Positions 7,946 through 17,361 of a stretch of DNA of 64,000 nucleotides are shown here, in pieces. Below the pieces are notes generated by a model that saw only the letters and a list, made by a program, of their open reading frames with translations, was not told the origin of the DNA and did no database searches. The stretch is from Nocardioides sp. (GTDB lineage Bacteria; Actinomycetota; Actinomycetes; Propionibacteriales; Nocardioidaceae). The stretch is taken from NCBI RefSeq assembly GCF_036503465.1, contig NZ_DASXWU010000059.1, forward strand, positions 6,654 through 70,653. Reading direction: 5' to 3'. Position 1 is the stretch's first letter. Each line of letters starts with the position of its first letter. A program made the translations under genes and the position numbers.

Positions 7946-8096
7946 CGCAGCGCTCCTTCCGCGCACAGCGTATTACATTGCAGTACAGGTGCCCGCACAG
8001 GGCGCCTCCGTCCGGACTTGTCCACAGGCAGCACGGTTCGTTGTGCACACCTCCAGTCATGAGGGCAAACCTGTCCTCGTGACCACGAAGGAGCAC

Positions 8097-8381
8097 ATGA
8101 TGAACACGACGATCGACACCAGCGTGGACGGCGGCATCCTCACCATCGACCAGGCGGCGACTTACCTCTCGATCCCGAAGGCGACGCTGTACACCTGGCG
8201 TACCCGCCGGGCCGGCTTCGGTCCGCGCGCGGTCAAGCTCGGCGGCTGCCTGCGCTACCGGCGCTCGGATCTGGACGCCTGGGTCGCGGAGCACCTCGAG
8301 AGCTTCGATGATGTCCCGGACATCCCCGCGCAGCGGCAGAGCGACGGCGTCTCGCTGTCGCGTGCCAGCGGTCCTCGCTGA
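8097..8381 (+). CDS. xis: excisionase-family helix-turn-helix DNA-binding protein
   Basis: LTIDQAATYLSIPKATLYTWRTRRAGFGPRAVKLGGCLRYRRSDLDAWV (MerR-like HTH_17/excisionase). GAAGGAG upstream of ATG 8097. Lies immediately 5' of the integrase. Confidence 0.85.
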   Translation: MMNTTIDTSVDGGILTIDQAATYLSIPKATLYTWRTRRAGFGPRAVKLGGCLRYRRSDLDAWVAEHLESFDDVPDIPAQRQSDGVSLSRASGPR

Positions 8382-8393
8382 GTGGGTGACGAC

Positions 8394-9602
8394 ATGGGAC
8401 GCGGACGCCCGCCGACCTCAGTAGGCACCTGGGGCACGATCCGGACGACACGGATCCGCGAAGGCGCCTACCGCTCGCGGACTCGGATCCGGGACAGGGA
8501 CGGCGTGACGAGAGAGGTCACGGCCACAGGAACGACGATCGCGGCCTCAGAGCGTGCGTTGCGCGAGAAGCTGGTCGACCGGGCGACACCGACGCAACAG
8601 GCGATCACCGCCGACACGAGCGTCGCGAAGCTCTCTGCACTTTGGTTGGCCTACCTCCGCGAGGAAGGCCGCATCGAAGCCACGACGATCAACGAGTACG
8701 AGCGTGTCCTCACCAAGGTGATCGTCCCGGAGCTCGGTGGCCTCCGCCTTCGGGAGCTGACCACCAGCCGACTCGACCTCTTCCTGGTCCGCCTACGCGC
8801 GACGAGCACCAGCCGACAGCGCAAGACCAAGGTTGTGATGGGGGCGATGCTGGGCTTGGCTGTCCGCCACGACGCGCTCGCCGTCAACCCAGTGCAGCAG
8901 ACTTCACGCATCCACCGGGTCAGGTCGGAAGCCCGCTCTCTGACGCTCGAGGATCTCAACACGGTTCGCGAGGCACTCCGAGCCTGGACGTCGAAGCAGC
9001 GACCAGGGCCAAAGGCGACCAGCGACATGGCCGACATCATCGACCTGATGCTCGCCACCGGAGCTCGCATCGGCGAGATTCTTGCACTGCGCTGGGTCGA
9101 CGTCTCACTCTCAACCGATCGCCCGAACCTGACGATCAACGGGACCATCAAGACCGAGCCGGGCAAAGGTACCTACCGCAAGGCCACTCCCAAGTCGGAC
9201 GCCAGTGTCAGGACAGTCGCTCTGCCCGACTTCGCGGTCGCTGTGCTCCAACGCCGGCGGAAGTCGAAAGGACAGAACCCCGTCGACGCGGTCTTTCCGA
9301 CCCGGAACGGGACCTGGCAGCAGGTGAACAACGTCGAGCGCCGCTGGAGGCAGATCCGCCAGGACACGGGCCTGGACTGGGTCACGCCCCACACCTTCCG
9401 AAAGACCGTGGCGACCCTGATCTCAGAGCGGGTCGGCGCGGAGACCGCCTCCCAGCAGCTCGGCCACTCCTCCCCCGCCATCACCCGGGAGTTCTACATC
9501 TCCAAGCCGGCGATCGCGGCCGACGTGGCGCATGTTCTCGAGGAGTTGGCTGACCCGGACCCGGACCACGGACCGAATACTTCGGGATTAAGTGGTGAAT
9601 AG
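8394..9602 (+). CDS. int: tyrosine-type site-specific integrase
   Basis: Catalytic motifs ATGARIGEILALRW (Arg), HTFRKTVATL (His-x-x-Arg), LGHSSPAITREFY (His, Tyr). N-terminal SAM-like domain. An alternative GTG start at 8382 abuts the xis stop. Confidence 0.9.
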   Translation: MGRGRPPTSVGTWGTIRTTRIREGAYRSRTRIRDRDGVTREVTATGTTIAASERALREKLVDRATPTQQAITADTSVAKLSALWLAYLREEGRIEATTINEYERVLTKVIVPELGGLRLRELTTSRLDLFLVRLRATSTSRQRKTKVVMGAMLGLAVRHDALAVNPVQQTSRIHRVRSEARSLTLEDLNTVREALRAWTSKQRPGPKATSDMADIIDLMLATGARIGEILALRWVDVSLSTDRPNLTINGTIKTEPGKGTYRKATPKSDASVRTVALPDFAVAVLQRRRKSKGQNPVDAVFPTRNGTWQQVNNVERRWRQIRQDTGLDWVTPHTFRKTVATLISERVGAETASQQLGHSSPAITREFYISKPAIAADVAHVLEELADPDPDHGPNTSGLSGE

Positions 9603-9624
9603 CGCCTTCGGGTTCGAAACCAAG

Positions 9625-11228
9625 ACCGGCTCTGATCCGCGTTTCCGCAGGTCATCCCTGTAGGAGCGGGGCCGGTCAAGGGGTGTTCTTGGGTGCCGCG
9701 ACGTAGTTGCGGGCGCGCCGGAGAGGGTTCGGGGTCAAGGCTCGGGCGTAGCCCGACCGCGGAGCGGCCGGAGGGCCTTGACGGCGATCCCGTTCGGCGC
9801 ATGCTGTTCGTTTGTCGCGGTGTTCGGTGTTGGTGCGTGTTTGCATCAGGTCGGTCCGTGGCCGGTGGGAGCAGGCGGCTGCCGCTCGGTCATCCCTTCG
9901 CAACGCCCCGTGAGTCGCGGTTGTGGCGGCCAGGGGGTCGCGTGATGGGGTACGCGCCAACTGTGGTTCGGCCGGTCGGGGTCAATCAGAAGACGGACGA
10001 CCTCGCCGTGGTGGTGCTGGGGGTCATGACCTGCACGACCCGCGACCGACCGAAGCTCCTGGTGGTGGGGATGGTTCTCATGCCGCCTCCCCGGGCGGTA
10101 CCCGGTGTCCTGCGTGGAGTGCTCGGACGTGGTGGTCACGCAGCGCGTAGTAGACGAGCTCGATCTGGGCGCGGGCGGCCGCGACGACCCCGATGTTACG
10201 GCCCCGGCGGGCAGCGACCCGGTTGCGCATGCCGCCGATTCTGGTGTGGCCGGGCAGGATCTGCACCGACTCCACCGCGGCCCAGCGGACCAGTCGGGAG
10301 CCCTGCTTGGTGATGCGTCCGCGGTGCACGTGGGTGTCGGACTCACGGTGCTTGGGGGTCAGGCCGGCCCAGCAGGCCAGCTGGGCGGCACCCCGGAAGC
10401 GGGTGACGTCACCGACCTCGGCGACGAAGACCGCCCCCAGGATCGGCCCGATCCCCGGGATCTGCTGGACCGCGAGGTAGCCGGGGTCGCGGGCCAGGCG
10501 ACCTCGGACGATGCCGGCGAACAGGTCGATCTCGAACTCCAGATCCTCGATCAGCCGTCGCAGAGAACGGACCCGGGCCGCGTAGGGGCCCGGGAGTCGA
10601 CCGTCCCCGACCAGCCGGTCCAGCAGGTCGTTGCCCGCCATGCCGAACAGGTCGCTCATCGAGACCGGGATGCCGCACTTGGCCAAGACCGCGTGGACCT
10701 CGGCCTTGCAGTGACTGCGCAGCGCAACCAACTTGGCCCGATGCCGGACCAGCTCGCGCAGCTCACGAATCGCTGGGGGCGCGATCCACGCCTCCGGCAG
10801 CCGGCCCATCCGTAACAGATCGGCCAGGTCCTTGGCGTCCCGCTCGTCGTTCTTGACCCGCCGGTACTCGAACGCCTTGACCCCCAGCGGGTGGGCCAGG
10901 TGCACATGGGCACCAGCCTCCTGGAGGGCATCGACCGCCCAGTACCAGCCGTAGGTCGCCTCGAGCACGACTTCGGGGTCGGCTCCAGCCCGGGCCATCA
11001 CCCGGTTCAACGAGTCGACATCGTTGGGGATCCGGACCGACTCCAGCACCTCACCGGCATCGGTCGTCCTCACCAAGACGGTGCGGCGCCGATGCAGATC
11101 GACACCCACGAACTGCTGACCGTCATACTCAGACACAAGGGGCCTCCTTCGTCGTAGACGTGAGACACCCAGCATCCGCCGGGGACACGAGGAGCGAGGC
11201 CCCGCTCCTACATCGCATCAGAGCCGGT
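9625..11228 (-). mobile_element. IS110-family insertion sequence (IS1111-group-like), 1604 bp
   Basis: Blocks ACCGGCTCTGAT and TGTAGGAGCGGGGCC occur at 9625-36/9659-73. They recur inverted at 11217-28/11198-212, bracketing the DEDD transposase gene. Confidence 0.75.
10078..11136 (-). CDS. IS110-family DEDD transposase/recombinase
   Basis: N-terminal FVGVDLH..EATYGWYW..NDERDAKDLA. C-terminal IPGIGPILGAVFVAEVGDVTRF..AGLTPKHRESD..ITKQGSRLVRW. GTG 11136 is preceded by GAAGGAGG. Confidence 0.9.
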   Translation of the reverse strand: MSEYDGQQFVGVDLHRRRTVLVRTTDAGEVLESVRIPNDVDSLNRVMARAGADPEVVLEATYGWYWAVDALQEAGAHVHLAHPLGVKAFEYRRVKNDERDAKDLADLLRMGRLPEAWIAPPAIRELRELVRHRAKLVALRSHCKAEVHAVLAKCGIPVSMSDLFGMAGNDLLDRLVGDGRLPGPYAARVRSLRRLIEDLEFEIDLFAGIVRGRLARDPGYLAVQQIPGIGPILGAVFVAEVGDVTRFRGAAQLACWAGLTPKHRESDTHVHRGRITKQGSRLVRWAAVESVQILPGHTRIGGMRNRVAARRGRNIGVVAAARAQIELVYYALRDHHVRALHAGHRVPPGEAA

Positions 11229-11235
11229 ATTTTTG

Positions 11236-11309
<74 letters not shown>

Positions 11310-11469
11310 ATGCCCCGCGGCGACCGGCCGCGGAGCGGAGTGAAGGCTACCGCAGCGCTCGGCGCCCCTCGGAATCGGTGAGGCGGACGCGGCGTCTCAG
11401 CAACTTCTTCCGCGGCGGCTATCGGCGTCCCAGCGGGCTCACAGGTTCCTCAGAGGATCCCGGGGCTTC

Positions 11470-12801
11470 ATGGATCCATCCGACGAGGAGGAGCCCATGG
11501 ACGAGCAGGCCCCACGATCCGGCGAGAACAGCCCCACCGATGGTCCGGCCGACAACCCGGCCGACAATCCGGCACGGTACGGCGCACCGCTCCCGCCTCC
11601 CCCAGTCATGGGATGGGTGCCTCCGCCTCCTACTCCCCCACGGCGTCGTCGGCGGCGGCTGGCCGCGGCCGGGACCGCCCTGGCGGTGGTCGCCGTCGCA
11701 GGCGGGGCGGGCTTCGCGCTGGGGCGGCTCGACCACCAGGTCCACGCGTCGGCCGGCACGCCGGCCGCGGGCTCTGGAGGCGAGGCTCGGGACGGGCAGG
11801 GCTTCGGCGAGCCGCCGTTCGGCAACACCGATCCCTTCGGAGGCACGCCGTTCAGCGGGCCTGGTGGGACGGGCGGAACGCCGTTCGACTCCGCCTCGAG
11901 CGGGACACCGGCCACCGACAGCCAGCTGACCGGCCTGGTACGGATCGCGTCGACCCTCACGTACGCGAACGGCCGGGCCGCCGGCACCGGCATGATCCTC
12001 ACCAGCACCGGTGAGGTCGTGACCAACCACCACGTCGTCGAGGGCTCGACGAAGCTTCGGGTGACGGTGATGAGCACCGGGCGGAGCTACCGCGCGACCG
12101 TCGTCGGGACCGACGCCCAGGACGACGTGGCCGTGCTCCAGCTCCGGAACGCCACCGGGCTGCAGACCGTCACCCCCGACACGGACGGGATCTCCGTCGG
12201 CGACGCGGTGACCGCCGTCGGCGACGCCGGCGGCGACACCTCGACGTTCACCGCCGCCGCCGGGAAGATCCTCGCCACCCGGCAGCACATCACCACCCGG
12301 AGCGAGGGCAGCGCGAGCAGCGAGAAGCTCCACGGCCTGATCGAGATCAGCAGCGACGTGATCTCCGGCGACTCCGGCGGCGCGACGTACGACGACGAGG
12401 GCGAGGTGGTCGGCATGACCACGGCGGCGTCGTCCGGCACACGGGACGTGGTCGGGTACGCGATCCCGATCGCGAAGGTCGTCCGGATCGCCGCCGACCT
12501 CGAGAGCGGCACGCAGAACGCCCGCTACGACTACGGCTCGCCCGCCTTCCTCGGCGTCGGGCTCGGCGGGTCGACCACCCGGGTCGGTGTCGTCTACCCG
12601 GGTACGCCGGCCGCCCGTGCGGGCCTCACGACCGGTGACACGATCACCCGCGTCGGCACCACCAGCGTCCACACCGCGTCCCAGCTCCGGGACGCGATCA
12701 CGGCGTACTCCCCCGGCGACCGGGTGCGACTGGGCTGGACCGACCGGGACGGCAGGTCGCACATCTCGTCGGTGAAGCTGATGGCCGGGCCGATCGCCTG
12801 A
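11470..12801 (+). CDS. secreted/membrane-anchored trypsin-like serine protease with PDZ domain (S1C, HtrA-like)
   Basis: TNHHVVEG (His), DDVAVLQL (Asp), GDSGGA (Ser). C-terminal PDZ-like GVVYPGTPAARAGLTTGDTITRVG. Pro-rich N-terminus with one TM segment. Alternative start ATG 11497. Confidence 0.85.
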   Translation: MDPSDEEEPMDEQAPRSGENSPTDGPADNPADNPARYGAPLPPPPVMGWVPPPPTPPRRRRRRLAAAGTALAVVAVAGGAGFALGRLDHQVHASAGTPAAGSGGEARDGQGFGEPPFGNTDPFGGTPFSGPGGTGGTPFDSASSGTPATDSQLTGLVRIASTLTYANGRAAGTGMILTSTGEVVTNHHVVEGSTKLRVTVMSTGRSYRATVVGTDAQDDVAVLQLRNATGLQTVTPDTDGISVGDAVTAVGDAGGDTSTFTAAAGKILATRQHITTRSEGSASSEKLHGLIEISSDVISGDSGGATYDDEGEVVGMTTAASSGTRDVVGYAIPIAKVVRIAADLESGTQNARYDYGSPAFLGVGLGGSTTRVGVVYPGTPAARAGLTTGDTITRVGTTSVHTASQLRDAITAYSPGDRVRLGWTDRDGRSHISSVKLMAGPIA

Positions 12802-12921
12802 CCGCCGCGCAGCCGGCGGCGGGGAGATGTTTGAAGATCGAACCACCGGGGAACGAGAGGAGTACCGCCCCACCGGCGAGGCTCAGTCGTCCGAGGGCGT
12901 CACCCCACAAGGACGTGCTGC

Positions 12922-13098
12922 ATGTCGAACCTCACCATCGCGAACATCTTCTTGTTCTTCGCCATCCTCTGCATGACCCTCAGCGCCTCCGCCGGGCTGA
13001 TGCTCTACTTCATCTACTCCATCGGGGCGACCGCGATGGCCGGGGCGGTCCGCTACCAGCAGCTCCCGGAGAAGCCGCGGAAGACGCATCGCCACTGA
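12922..13098 (+). CDS. small hydrophobic protein, 58 aa (below the ORF-track cut-off)
   Basis: Own translation: MSNLTIANIFLFFAILCMTLSASAGLMLYFIYSIGATAMAGAVRYQQLPEKPRKTHRH. Two hydrophobic spans and a basic tail. Strongly GC3-biased codons. AAGGA upstream. Confidence 0.5.
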   Translation: MSNLTIANIFLFFAILCMTLSASAGLMLYFIYSIGATAMAGAVRYQQLPEKPRKTHRH

Positions 13099-13137
13099 CC
13101 CTCGGCCGGCTCGGACCGGCCCAGCACAGGAGGCACC

Positions 13138-13578
13138 ATGCCCACCCGCACCGCCCGCACCGCGTGGTCCGGCACCCTCGAGCAGGGCTCGGGCCGGGTC
13201 GAGCTGACCAGCTCGGGGCTCGCGACGTACGACGTCTCGTTCCCCCAGCGCGCCGCCGAGGACGCCGGTGGGACCACCAGTCCCGAGGAGCTGATCGCGG
13301 CAGCCCACTCCTCGTGCTTCGCCATGCAGCTCTCCGCGCTGATCGCGGAGGCCGGCGGCACGCCGGTCGCGCTGGACGTGCGGGCCGACGTCTCGCTCGG
13401 ACCCGACCCGGCCGGCGGCTTCCACCTCACCGGGATCGAGCTCACGGTGCGTGGGGAGGTCGAGGGCCTCGACGCCGACGGGTTCCAGAAGGCGGCCGAG
13501 GGGGCCCGGACCGGCTGCCCGGTGAGCAAGGCGCTCACCGGCGTTGAGATCTCGCTCGACGCGGCTCTGGCGAGCTGA
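13138..13578 (+). CDS. osmC: OsmC-family peroxiredoxin
   Basis: TSPEELIAAAHSSCFAMQLS and TGCPVSKAL carry the two conserved Cys of OsmC. ACAGGAGG RBS. Confidence 0.9.
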   Translation: MPTRTARTAWSGTLEQGSGRVELTSSGLATYDVSFPQRAAEDAGGTTSPEELIAAAHSSCFAMQLSALIAEAGGTPVALDVRADVSLGPDPAGGFHLTGIELTVRGEVEGLDADGFQKAAEGARTGCPVSKALTGVEISLDAALAS

Positions 13579-13587
13579 GCCGGTCCC

Positions 13588-14580
13588 TCAGCGGGTGGCG
13601 CCGCTGTTCCTCGACACCCTCAACGACGAGGTGTCGACGGCGACGAACGTGCGCGCCGGAATGCGTTTGAGCTGCTCGATCAGCGGGTTCGGCCAGTGCC
13701 CGTTCTGCTCGCCCTGGAAGAACCAGGGCGACCCGTTGTCGGCCAGCACGAGCCCGTACTTCTTCATCGCCCGCACCACTGCCATCGCCTTCGGCCCGAA
13801 GCCGCTCGGGTGGTACGACGCACGCAGCCGGAAACGGGCACCCATCGGCGGATAGCCCCAGCTGCGCGTGGACCCGGCGTCGTGCCGGGCCGGCCAGAGA
13901 TGGTGGCTCGAGGTGACGTCGGTGGTGAACCGGATCGCGTGGTCGATGTCGCGGTGCTTCACCTCGCTCCACCGGAGCAGGCCGGGCAGGATCGGCAGCC
14001 CGGCCGCGTCGGCCGAGGTCCAGCCGTTCGGGCGCAGGGCATCGGAGGTCAGTGACCAGACGGCACCGGATCCGGCGTACCACCTGCCGTTGCGCTCGCG
14101 GGTCGCGAAGGTCTCGTAGAGCCGGCACACGCCCTTGTCGACGACGATCGCGTGCCGGTCGCCCGACGAGCGCCGTCCGCCCTCGATCCGGGTGTCGCTG
14201 CCGAGCGGGTAGCGGACCCGGTCGCTCTCGCCGGCGTACTCGAACCGGACGCGGACACGCGGGTGGCCGTGCCCGACGACCGTGATCGGGATGCCGTAGT
14301 TCGGGCCGTCGCCGAACGACGGTCCGAAGTCCGGGTGCAGGTCGACCCCGGCCGACATGTGCGAGAGCCAGCGCCGACTGCGCGGGTCGACCGGCAGGTT
14401 GCGGATGTCGGCGTGCCACCAGTTGTCCGCAGGGAACGTCGGACAGTCGGTGCCGGCCACCGGCCGGGCGGAGCCGCCCGTGGCGGACGGACCCGCGATG
14501 CCGGCGTACGCCGTGCCGGTCACCGCGAGCGCGGCCACGAGCCCGAGCGTCGTGCCCCGCAGCCGGATGCGCGCTCTCAT
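13588..14580 (-). CDS. secreted conserved protein of unknown function
   Basis: Trimmed from ORF 13588..14985 to ATG 14580 (MRARIRLRGTTLGLVAALAVTGTAYAG signal peptide). Its start overlaps the LysE stop (ATGA). Confidence 0.7.
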   Translation of the reverse strand: MRARIRLRGTTLGLVAALAVTGTAYAGIAGPSATGGSARPVAGTDCPTFPADNWWHADIRNLPVDPRSRRWLSHMSAGVDLHPDFGPSFGDGPNYGIPITVVGHGHPRVRVRFEYAGESDRVRYPLGSDTRIEGGRRSSGDRHAIVVDKGVCRLYETFATRERNGRWYAGSGAVWSLTSDALRPNGWTSADAAGLPILPGLLRWSEVKHRDIDHAIRFTTDVTSSHHLWPARHDAGSTRSWGYPPMGARFRLRASYHPSGFGPKAMAVVRAMKKYGLVLADNGSPWFFQGEQNGHWPNPLIEQLKRIPARTFVAVDTSSLRVSRNSGATR

Positions 14581-15227
14581 GCGGCGTCCGGCCGTCCCCC
14601 GACGGCCACCGCGACACCGAGCCCGATCATCGACACGCCGCCCACGGTCCCCAGCGCGCGGCCCCGTCCCGGAGAGGCGTTGAACCAGCGCCGGAGCTGG
14701 CTGGCGAGCAGCGCCCAGAGACTGTCGGAGCAGAGCCCGATCACGAACGCGATCGAGCCGAGCAGGAGCATCTGGAGACCGGCGTGGCCGTGGTCGCGGT
14801 CGAGGAACTGCGGCAGGAGTGCCACGAACATCACGTAGCCCTTGGGGTTGGTGAAGCCGACCAGGTAGCCCTGGCGGAGCGCTGTCAGCGGCCTGAGCGG
14901 CGGGCCGGCGGAGTGCCCCTCGCGGGTGACGGTGATCCCGTGGCGGTGCCGGAGCGCCTGGACGCCCAGGTAGACCAGGAAGCACGCGCCCCCGAGCTTC
15001 ACCACCTCGAAGACCATCTCGGAGGTTGCCACCAGCTCGCCGAGACCGAGCACCACGAGGACCAGCGCGGTCAGCAGACCGAACGAGTTGCCGACCACGG
15101 TGGTGAGCGCGACGCTGCGGCCGTAGGTGAGCGCCCGGCCGACCGTGAACACCACGCTCGGCCCGGGGATGGCGATCACCACCAGGGCGACGAGGCCGAA
15201 CGCGAGCACTTGATGCATCGTGACCAT
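14577..15227 (-). CDS. LysE/RhtB-family amino-acid exporter
   Basis: C-terminal 216 aa of ORF 14577..16193: MVTMHQVLAFGLVALVVIAIPGPSVVF..GFTNPKGYVMFVALLPQF. Confidence 0.85.
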   Translation of the reverse strand: MVTMHQVLAFGLVALVVIAIPGPSVVFTVGRALTYGRSVALTTVVGNSFGLLTALVLVVLGLGELVATSEMVFEVVKLGGACFLVYLGVQALRHRHGITVTREGHSAGPPLRPLTALRQGYLVGFTNPKGYVMFVALLPQFLDRDHGHAGLQMLLLGSIAFVIGLCSDSLWALLASQLRRWFNASPGRGRALGTVGGVSMIGLGVAVAVGGRPDAA

Positions 15228-15274
15228 GCCCGCGATGGTCTCACTCCGGCCGGCGGACGCGCCGCCGGTTTCAT

Positions 15275-16654
15275 TCAGCGCTTGCGACGCTCCCGGACCC
15301 GCTGGGTGAGCACGATCGGGGTGCCGACGAAGCCGAACTCCTCCCGGAGCCGGCGTTCGATGAACCTCTCGTACGCCGCGTCGAGCCGGCCCGAGGTGAA
15401 CAGCGCGAAGGTCGGGGGCGCCACCGACGGCTGCGTGCCGAACAGGATCTTGGGCTGCTTGCCGCTGCGCACCGGGTGCGGGTGCTCGGCGACCAGCCGG
15501 CCGAGGAACGAGTTGAGGGCACCCGTCGACACCCGCGTCTCCCAGCCCTCCAGCGCCTTGTCGAGGGCGGGCACCAGGCGGTCGACGTGCCAGCCGGTAC
15601 GGGCGGTGATGTTGATCCTCGGTGCCCACCGCACCTGCACCAGCTCCTGCTCGACCTCGCGCTCGAGGTAGTGGCGGCGGTCCTCGTCGACCAGGTCCCA
15701 CTTGTTGAACGCGATCACCAGGGCGCGGCCGGAGTCCCTCACGGTCTGGAGGATCCGGACATCCTGCTCGGAGATGCTCTGGTCGGCGTCCAGCACCAGC
15801 ACCGCGACCTCGGCCCGGTCGATCGCGGTCGAGGTGCGCAGCGACGCGTAGAACTCGTGGCCCGACGCCTCCTTCACCCGCTTCCGGATGCCGGCGGTGT
15901 CGATGAACCGCCACTCCCGCCCGCCGAGCTCGATCAGCTCGTCGACGGGGTCGACCGTGGTGCCCGCCACGGCGTCGACGACGACCCGCTCGGAGCCGGC
16001 CAGCTTGTTCAGCAGTGACGACTTGCCGACGTTGGGCTTGCCGACGATGGCGACCCGCCGCGGCCCCGCCTCTTCCTCGAAGGACTCCGGTGGCGGCTCG
16101 GGGAGCACGGCGAGCACCGCGTCGAGCAGGTCGCCGGAGCCCCGGCCGTGCAGGGCCGAGACCGGACAGGGCTCGCCGAGCCCGAGGTTCCACAACCCGT
16201 ACGCCTCGGCCTCGGCACGCTGGTCGTCGACCTTGTTGGCGGCGAGGACCACCGGCTTCTCCGACCTCCGGAGCACGCGTACGACGGCCTCGTCGGCGTC
16301 GGTGATGCCGACGGTCGCATCCACCACGAACAGCACGGCGTCGGCCAGCCCCACGGCGATCTCGGCCTGCGCCCGGATCCGCTCGGCCATGCCGCGCGCA
16401 TCCGGGTCCCAGCCGCCGGTGTCGACGACGGTGAAGGCCCGTCCGGCCCAGGTCGCGTCGTAGGACACCCGGTCCCTGGTGACGCCGGGGATGTCCTCGA
16501 CGACCGCCTCGCGACGGCCGAGGATGCGGTTGACGAGGGTGGACTTGCCGACGTTCGGCCGGCCCACGACCGCCAGCACGGGGAGCGGGCCGGTCGGGGC
16601 GTCCCCGGCCTCGTCGGCGGGGACATGGGTGATGTCGTCGGGAGTCGTGTTCAT
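15275..16654 (-). CDS. der: ribosome-biogenesis GTPase Der (EngA), tandem GTPase domains
   Basis: Two G domains: [13 protein letters not shown] and [18 protein letters not shown]-terminal KH-like domain. Confidence 0.95.
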   Translation of the reverse strand: MNTTPDDITHVPADEAGDAPTGPLPVLAVVGRPNVGKSTLVNRILGRREAVVEDIPGVTRDRVSYDATWAGRAFTVVDTGGWDPDARGMAERIRAQAEIAVGLADAVLFVVDATVGITDADEAVVRVLRRSEKPVVLAANKVDDQRAEAEAYGLWNLGLGEPCPVSALHGRGSGDLLDAVLAVLPEPPPESFEEEAGPRRVAIVGKPNVGKSSLLNKLAGSERVVVDAVAGTTVDPVDELIELGGREWRFIDTAGIRKRVKEASGHEFYASLRTSTAIDRAEVAVLVLDADQSISEQDVRILQTVRDSGRALVIAFNKWDLVDEDRRHYLEREVEQELVQVRWAPRINITARTGWHVDRLVPALDKALEGWETRVSTGALNSFLGRLVAEHPHPVRSGKQPKILFGTQPSVAPPTFALFTSGRLDAAYERFIERRLREEFGFVGTPIVLTQRVRERRKR

Positions 16655-17361
16655 GAGATTTCCTTGGCCTCGTCGGCCGGGATCGGCCCGGGCATCGTCT
16701 GCCCTGTCAACGCCAGACCCGCGGCCAGCTCTTCCAGCATCCGGGCGTGGAGTGCCTCACTCGTCGCCGCCACCAGCCTGCGCGTGCGCGGCCAGGGGGT
16801 CCGGTCGACACGGTACGGCGCCCCGTACACCAGGTCGACCACGCCGTGCCGGGGCGGGAGCGCGTCCTTGCCGCCCCCACGGGGCCGGGTGCCGTACATC
16901 ATCAGCGGCACGACGGGCGCGCCGGTGACCAGCGCGAGGTACGCCGTGCCGTTCTGGAACCGAATCAGGTCCCCGGCGCCGCGGTTGCCCTCGGGAAAGA
17001 TCCCGACCGCTCCCCCGTGCCCCAGGACGTGCAGGCAGGTGCGGACGGCGCGCAGGTCGGTGGCGAAGCGGTCCAGCTCGATCTGCCCGGTGACACGGAG
17101 CAGGGGCCCGAGCCGCCCGCGGAACATCTCCTCCTTGGTCAGCGTGTGCACCGGACGCGGGCCGAAGATGGAGAGCAGTGGCCCGTCGATGACGCCGGTG
17201 TGGTTGGCGGCCACGATCAGCGGACCCTGGGGCGGGACGCGCCCGGCCCCGTGCTCGCGGACGTCGTACCGGCGACGGATCAGCCACCGGCTCGCCGGGC
17301 GTCCACCGTGCAGCAGCCAGGTCGGGGGGTGCCGGTGCCCGCTCCGACGGGGAGCGGTCAT
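16651..17361 (-). CDS. plsC: 1-acyl-sn-glycerol-3-phosphate acyltransferase
   Basis: NHTGVIDG (HX4D box) and IFPEGNRG. Trimmed from ORF 16651..18141 to ATG 17361, which overlaps the cmk stop (ATGA). Confidence 0.85.
   Translation of the reverse strand: MTAPRRSGHRHPPTWLLHGGRPASRWLIRRRYDVREHGAGRVPPQGPLIVAANHTGVIDGPLLSIFGPRPVHTLTKEEMFRGRLGPLLRVTGQIELDRFATDLRAVRTCLHVLGHGGAVGIFPEGNRGAGDLIRFQNGTAYLALVTGAPVVPLMMYGTRPRGGGKDALPPRHGVVDLVYGAPYRVDRTPWPRTRRLVAATSEALHARMLEELAAGLALTGQTMPGPIPADEAKEIS

Noticed and set aside
8018-8049. TTGTCCACA and TTGTGCACA as DnaA boxes, plus the TGTGCACA array at 23548-23620, considered as an origin or DnaA-titration locus.
   Set aside because: There are no dnaA/dnaN genes, no AT-rich unwinding element, and most boxes deviate from the consensus at 2 or more positions. 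Retained only as an alternative hypothesis in the findings.
9605-9625. GGGTTCGAAACC just after the integrase stop, resembling a tRNA T-loop.
   Set aside because: The flanking bases do not form a T-stem (CTTCGG versus CCAAG) and no acceptor strand follows. Probably fortuitous or a degraded att arm; not callable.
11419-12873. Long antisense or alternative-frame ORFs throughout the window. Examples: 11419..12873 (-), 28610..30571 (+), 37358..39742 (+), 41653..44784 (+), 47728..50181 (+), 54671..55945 (+), 24478..26028 (+).
   Set aside because: These are typical high-GC artefacts. They are Arg/Pro/Gly/Ala-rich low-complexity translations with no recognisable motifs. Each fully overlaps a gene with strong family signatures on the other strand or frame.
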